Shown in pieces: positions 60,839 through 64,000 of a DNA stretch of 64,000 nucleotides; positions within the stretch are counted from its first letter, which is position 1; every line of letters starts with the position of its first letter. The notes under the pieces are model-generated. The model worked only from the letters and a program-made list of their open reading frames with translations, ran no database searches and was not told the DNA's origin. A program made the position numbers and the translations under genes. This DNA comes from Macrostomum hystrix (Eukaryota > Animalia > Platyhelminthes), in the NCBI GenBank assembly GCA_950097015.1, contig CATNEN010000029.1, positions 4,092,001 through 4,156,000 of the forward strand, written 5' to 3'.

Positions 60839-61099
60839 CCCTCGGCCGAGCAGTTCAGTTACTACTTTAGCATGCGCAACGTGTCCCTCTGCTGCGTGCA
60901 TCCGTCCAGGCCGACCGTCGGCGCGTTTGTCACCAGGCATCCGCGACTGGAGCGGCGCCTGGCTGCTGCTCACGTTTTCACTGGCAGCTGCCAACAGCTG
61001 GCCAGCCTGGTGACCGCAGTTCAGACTGCCTACGGTAGATTCTACAACGAATACATGGCCTTCTGTCATCCCACCGAGGACTTGTTCATCGACGAATAA
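60839..61099 (+). CDS. MAPK8IP1: JIP1-like scaffold, last exon (PTB C-half and kinesin-light-chain-binding tail)
   Basis: YYFSMRNVSLCCVHP..AFVTRHPRLERRLAAAHVF..FYNEYMAFCHPTEDLFIDE* (cf. JIP1 HFFQLKNISFCGYHP..CPTEDIYLE). Confidence 0.92.
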   Translation, partial: PSAEQFSYYFSMRNVSLCCVHPSRPTVGAFVTRHPRLERRLAAAHVFTGSCQQLASLVTAVQTAYGRFYNEYMAFCHPTEDLFIDE

Positions 61100-62663
61100 C
61101 TAGCCCTGGTGACGATTGCATCCCTCGTCTTCCCTATGCAGAGCCTATCGTTTTAATTTCACTTTATTTCCGTGTCGACCACTACTGAGCTTTCCGTGTC
61201 TGCGGATCGAAATGGACACTAATTTTGTCGTCATTTAATTAAACTTTTAAAACTAGTATCTCTCAATCAATGGTACTTTAAATCTTAATGTAGCTTATGT
61301 AGTGATCTTTATAACTTCAAAATGTTTAATCCACTGTAAGTTCTGGTCATTCGTTTTCAGCCTTTAGCAACTGTTGTTTTAAAGATAAAGCTTGCTATTG
61401 TTTAAATTCATGCGCTTTCATTTTAATTGTGCTCTTTTTAGCCACCAATGCTACTCACTCAAAGCAGTATTATATATGGCGCATTCTCGCGCTAATTCGT
61501 AATTATATTACAAATTTTAGTCAACCGCTTGCTCGCTTCTTCTTGGCTTTTTACGTTTACTGAATTTACTGCCTTTATCTCCCTGGAATTTTAGTACATC
61601 TGTTTTATTATGACACAATTAATACAGGTTTAAACCGATGCTAATAAAATTGTAAAAAAATTGCTAGAAAAATAAACTGCGCTTTCATCATTAATGAGTG
61701 TCGTGAGAATTTTTTTAGTTTCTGCTGAACTTAAACTCCTGTGTGTGTGCACTTCTGTATTTTTTACTCTCTTTATAAAAACAACTAAAGTAGAGATTTT
61801 GGGTTTCGGGATAGTTTATAATTGTTTTCATTGCTTGTAATTCGACTCAAAAAGTCTTAACTAATATGACTTCGGTGGTAAGAATCGTAATCTGGTTAGA
61901 TGTGCCATCACATCCTGTGGTGCTCTGAAGGCCTGGCAGCTTTACTTTCCACTAGCAGGATCAGGCACGCCGAATTGGAATGAATTTTCGAATTATTGAT
62001 TCTAGTCAGTGATTTTTATCAGTAGTAAACTAAAATAAAAATAAATACATAATTTATGTATTTATTTTATTTTAATTATCTTAAAAAATATCAGCAATTA
62101 AATTGACTGTTTTCTCGGAAAAAATATATAATTTGTGTTTCATGATGAGAGAAATCCAGCTGCCGGCTTTGTTAATAAAAAAGTATATTATAACACATGA
62201 TAATAAAAAGAGGCTTGCTTCAATAGTGCATTAATGGCAACAGTCAACTGCATCTGGTCCCGACTTATACGACGCAAAAAATGAAGGCTTACTGGATTCA
62301 CTCTGGTTCCACTTTACTTGGGTGTATGCATTGTTTCTGCGCGTTTTCGGCGCACACCATATGTATTCTCAATCATTAAGTTATTTGGTATCAGCTGTAT
62401 GTATTTGTAGACAAATATTTAGCAAGAAAGTGTAGGCCGCTATATAAAAGTTTTGCTTACAGTGTAGCTTATATTTTGTTATATTGCAACAACAAGAACG
62501 ATAAAGATTTGCAAATGTAAAACTTTCTAAGAACAGACTACAGTGTCAGCCCGTGTGTTTGTTAATTATACTGTCAAGTAAGCCGAAAACGCGTTTATCA
62601 TCGCGACAGAACATTCGTTTCATATTTTAGCACATTCTTTTTAATTAAGTGTTTATTTTAAAT

Positions 62664-62714
62664 ATGAGACCAAGAAAACTTTCGTTGTTAGATGCAATTC
62701 ATGACAGTCCTAAA
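62664..62714 (+). CDS. APPL: APPL (BAR-PH-PTB endosomal adaptor), exon 1
   Basis: MRPRKLSLLDAIHDSPK|gtaagt, cf. APPL1 MPGIDKLPIEETLEDSPQ with the same intron position. Too short to appear in the ORF track. Confidence 0.8.
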
Positions 62715-63149
62715 GTAAGTCATTATTTATACTTTTGTGCCATTTAATTGCGATTGTACTTGTTTCAGATTAAAAAAATAAATAACATTTTAAAAATTTG
62801 AATGACTTAGATATAACAGTGTAATAAGTGAACTTTAATAATATTGATAATTTTTAACAGCTAATTAGATGTTGCTAAGCCTGAAATATGCCAACATGTT
62901 ATTTTTGTCCTGTACAATCTATTTTAAATGATACTGCAATTATATATTTTTTATTTTAATTCTTTACTTCACATTACTTGCAACATTTTTATTTAAGTAA
63001 AAAAAATATATTTTTGCTAAAATGGTTGCTGCCAAAGTGACTGAGTTGGTTTTAAAGTTAAACCAATAACTTTATTGGTCTACCCATGTGCCAGATGCGG
63101 CCCTCAAAGCTCTTAAATTTGGCCTATTGCCCCTTCAAACAACTACAAT

Positions 63150-63470
63150 ATCCTGTCTCATCTTTCTCATGCCTAGAGGATGAAGATCTCATCCTCTCCT
63201 TGGTTTCTTCCCTACCATGTCTCATTTCTCTTTTACCATGTCTTTCTTCCCTACTGTCTTGTCTCTCCCCTGTCTCATCTCTCCCATCAAGCACCCTGTT
63301 TCATCCCTCCCTGTCTCATCTATATATGTCTCATCTCTCCCTGGCTCATGTCTCCCATGTCTCATATTTCCGATGTCTCATCTCTCCCCTTTCTCATCCC
63401 TTCTATGTCTAATATATTCTCTGTCTAATCTCATCTATTCCTTTGTCTCATCTCTCCCTTTCTCATATTG
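63150..63470. repeat. Degenerate TCTCATCTCTCCCCTG repeat in APPL intron 1
   Basis: Reverse complement of the 39440-40685 family. Confidence 0.75.
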
Positions 63471-63722
63471 CTACAGTTAATGTGGTCCACTGTCTTATTT
63501 TACATTCTGTCTGTGGCCGGCATGCTAATAAGTTTGCTTGATTTAGGCAATGTTTTAATTTGAAGTATAATTTAGCAAAATGAAATCCTTTGTTTTAAGA
63601 TAAGGCACTCCTAGTTTTCCAAAATTTTCCTACATTATAGGCATTCTAGCACCTAGCACTTTCTAGCTAGTTAAAGTCTAACAATAATACTATATTAAAT
63701 GGTCAAACACCCCAACTTTTAG

Positions 63723-63881
63723 ACCCATGCAGTTCTATCAGTGTTTGAGGAAGATGCCCGGATGCTGAAGAAATTCGCCACCGAGTTCCTTGCCTTCTGT
63801 GAGAAAATCCACGCCGCCCAGCAGGCCATGGCGTCGGCCACCCAGGGACTGGCGGAGCTAATAAAAAACTATGGCGGAATG
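63723..63881 (+). CDS. APPL: APPL exon 2 (BAR helix 1); gene continues beyond the window
   Basis: ttttag|ACC; THAVLSVFEEDARMLKKFATEFLAFCEKIHAAQQAMASATQGLAELIKNY, cf. TRSLLGVFEEDATAISNYMNQLYQAMHRIYDAQNELSAATHLTSKLLKEY; ATG|gtaagg donor. Confidence 0.88.
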
Positions 63882-64000
63882 GTAAGGCCCAGTTTGAACT
63901 ACTTATAGTAGTCTGTATATGATAGTCTGGACCAATTTTAGAAGGAGGGAAGAAAAACAAGTGGAGTGAGGACGAGTGGGGAGAGGAAAGAGGAGAAAGG

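Noticed and set aside
63703-63960. Minus-strand 85-aa ORF in the track
   Set aside because: It is the antisense shadow of APPL exon 2 on the plus strand.

Overview
Intron-rich metazoan genomic DNA, not prokaryotic. GC-rich exons, poly-Ala/poly-Gln tracts and a different minisatellite in almost every intron suggest a free-living flatworm such as Macrostomum lignano; this is an inference, not a database match. Gene models were assembled by hand from GT-AG sites, phase bookkeeping and recalled homology. (1) Pitx K50 homeobox gene (+, 9004-13440) with a probable alternative first exon at 7071-7209. (2) Ten-exon UBE2O E2/E3 hybrid ubiquitin ligase (-, 41258-18310, ~1376 aa, all phases consistent). 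(3) Intronless neuropeptide precursor (+, 22436-23263) nested antisense in UBE2O intron 7, encoding 14x FSPLRamide, 3x FTPLRamide, FIPLRamide and AFHALRamide. (4) Single-exon SAMD3-like/transposon-associated ORF (-, 46049-45033). (5) Notchless/NLE1 (+, 53407-56806) with a +1 frameshift in exon 3. (6) JIP1/MAPK8IP-like SH3-PTB scaffold (+, ~57895-61099) with no obvious start codon. (7) First two exons of APPL (+, from 62664, running off the window). There are also two tRNA-derived SINE families, a small MITE, a fold-back hairpin and about 26 tandem arrays. Most long ORFs in the supplied track are translations of minisatellites. Best candidate for a new system: the nested FxPLRamide prohormone, whose peptides are the pyrokinin core FXPRLamide with the last two residues swapped, bracketed by an inverted SINE pair. 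All homology calls are from memory of protein families and need confirmation by search.
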